DNA of 64,000 nucleotides from Patescibacteria group bacterium (GTDB lineage Bacteria; Patescibacteriota; Patescibacteriia; 2-01-FULL-39-33): NCBI GenBank assembly GCA_041650895.1, contig JBAZKF010000002.1, positions 7,967 to 71,966 of the forward strand, read 5' to 3'. Shown piece by piece: positions 62,742 to 64,000 of this stretch (position 1 is its first letter; each line of letters starts with the position of its first letter). The notes under the pieces were generated by a model. It saw only the letters and a program-made list of their open reading frames with translations, ran no database searches and was not told where the DNA came from. The position numbers and the translations under genes were made by a program.

Positions 62742-63740
62742 ATGTTAAAGAGAGTAGTTATCGCTTTTTTAATTGTCAGCGCTTTAGCGGTTTTGTGGTT
62801 TTTTTATTCTCTTAATCGCCAGAACGGTTTTACCCAAGTTACAACCGTTAATATTGAATCAGGCATTACCGCCGATAAGATTGCTCAAGCGCTTCGGAGC
62901 CGGGGATTGATAACTAATGTTTTTATCTTTAAGCTGTATGCCAAACTGACTAAGGCGGATAGTCGCTTGGTGGCCGGTACGCATCAGATTGAAGCGCGCT
63001 CCTCAATTAAATCAATTATTCGCCAACTAACCATCAACACCAACATTGACCGCGAGTTAACCATCACTATTATTGAAGGTTGGAAAATTAAAGATATCGC
63101 CGTTTATCTTCAAGAGCGGGGGATTGTTGATGAACAGGAATTTGTTTCTGCCGGCACCATAGATAATTGGCGAGATCAATACGCTTTTTTGCAAGATAAG
63201 CGTATTAAATCGCTGGAAGGTTTTTTGTTTCCCGATACTTATCGGATTTTCAGCGATGCCCAGGCGGAGGATATCATTAAGAAGCTGTTGGACAATTTTG
63301 ATCGCAAAGTTACGGCGCAGATGCGTTTTGATGCGCCCAAAGACAATTCCAGTTTTTATGACGCTTTGATTCTGGCATCTATCGTGGAACGCGAAGCGTT
63401 GTATGATGATGATCGCCGAGTTATTGCCGCGATTTTTCTTAATCGTTTAAAACAGGGGATTGGTTTGCAATCCGATGCCACTATTAATTATGTCACTGGC
63501 AAAAAATCACCCCGTCCGACTTATGCTGACTTGCAAGTCAATAGTCCTTATAATACTTACAAGTATCGCGGTTTGCCGCCCGGCCCGATTTGTAATCCCG
63601 GCTTGACTTCCATTAACGCCGTGATTTATTCTCAGCCCAACCAGTATTATTATTTCCTGACCGACAGCGAAGGCCGCGCTCATTTTGGTCGGACTTATGC
63701 TGAACATCAGCAGAATATTATTAAGTATTTAGAGAATTAA
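62742..63740 (+). CDS. mltG: Endolytic murein transglycosylase MltG (YceG family)
   Basis: N-terminal TM anchor then a YceG-like domain (ITIIEGW; ASIVEREA) of 332 aa. Confidence 0.8.
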   Translation: MLKRVVIAFLIVSALAVLWFFYSLNRQNGFTQVTTVNIESGITADKIAQALRSRGLITNVFIFKLYAKLTKADSRLVAGTHQIEARSSIKSIIRQLTINTNIDRELTITIIEGWKIKDIAVYLQERGIVDEQEFVSAGTIDNWRDQYAFLQDKRIKSLEGFLFPDTYRIFSDAQAEDIIKKLLDNFDRKVTAQMRFDAPKDNSSFYDALILASIVEREALYDDDRRVIAAIFLNRLKQGIGLQSDATINYVTGKKSPRPTYADLQVNSPYNTYKYRGLPPGPICNPGLTSINAVIYSQPNQYYYFLTDSEGRAHFGRTYAEHQQNIIKYLEN

Positions 63741-63808
63741 ATAAAGAAGAGTAGGAATTGTCTAAATATAAATCCCGGAGCCAATTACCGGGGTTTATTT
63801 TTTATCTA

Positions 63809-63837
63809 TTGACAATTACCATTTTTTTTGATATAAT
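63809..63837 (+). promoter_or_regulatory. Consensus sigma70 promoter TTGACA-N17-TATAAT (a second TTGACA-N17-TAATAT lies at 63939-63967)
   Basis: TTGACA 63809-63814, 17-nt spacer, TATAAT 63832-63837; presumably drives a gene beyond the window end. Confidence 0.55.
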
Positions 63838-64000
63838 TAAGGCATAAGAATCAGTTATAGTCAAATTTTAGCTAATTTTAGGTAAAAATAAACGATAAAA
63901 TTTTTGCTAAAATGGAGTAATTAATCAAATTACCCCCATTGACAATAATTGGCGATTAGTTTAATATTCAATATTAATTATCATATGTCCATCTTGGATC

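Noticed and set aside
1-64000. Search for rRNA genes, CRISPR arrays, IS elements or transposases, and recoded stop codons
   Set aside because: There are no rRNA-like conserved stretches, no repeat-spacer arrays and no DDE or IS transposase-like ORFs. Genes terminate with TAA, TAG and TGA alike (for example the murG TGA overlapping the murC ATG), so there is no evidence of UGA recoding.

Overview
The window is a 64 kb chromosomal segment, about 45% GC, with compact operons and mostly housekeeping and cell-envelope genes. From 5' to 3' on the + strand it holds a 5'-truncated MsbA-like ABC exporter, a P2-type cation ATPase, ftsB, a PpiC-type PPIase with a long Lys/Ala/Pro-rich N-terminus, two tRNAs on the minus strand (Thr-CGU, Gly-CCC), an RlpA-like protein, ftsE, ftsX, a WecA/TagO-like GT4 transferase, a DUF192 lipoprotein and cysS. 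Next comes an AT-rich islet with two unknown genes, a class I aminotransferase and a tyrosine recombinase. Downstream are uvrA with a reduced insertion domain, two secreted proteins, and an iscR-iscU-nfu-iscS operon driven by a perfect sigma70 consensus promoter. A minus-strand type IV pilus locus follows (pilB, pilC, four pilin-like genes, a PilX-like gene, pilM, pilN, pilO). Adjacent is a surface-glycan and adhesin locus: a GT4 gene, two paralogous Ig-like/DUF5011-like secreted proteins with (GE)n linkers, a CARDB-like protein, a 1088-aa GT4/GH-like/FG-GAP fusion, a Wzy-like gene and a Wzz-like gene, several with their own consensus TTGACA-N17-TATAAT promoters. A dcw block (mraY, murD, ftsW, murG, murC, murB) is interrupted by a translationally coupled 367-aa unknown gene and by an antisense overlapping pair of unknown genes. 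The window ends with hpf, secA, a NUDIX hydrolase, fpg, a divergent PAP2 gene, uppP, a CAP-domain protein and mltG. No CRISPR array, rRNA gene or obvious transposase was seen. The gene content (type IV pilus, minimal ISC system, small proteins, episymbiont-like adhesins) suggests a reduced-genome, possibly CPR/Patescibacteria-like organism using the standard genetic code, but that is inference only. The most interesting candidates for undescribed biology are the unknown genes embedded in the dcw cluster, the AT-rich recombinase-associated islet, and the Ig-like/FG-GAP surface-protein locus next to the pilus genes.
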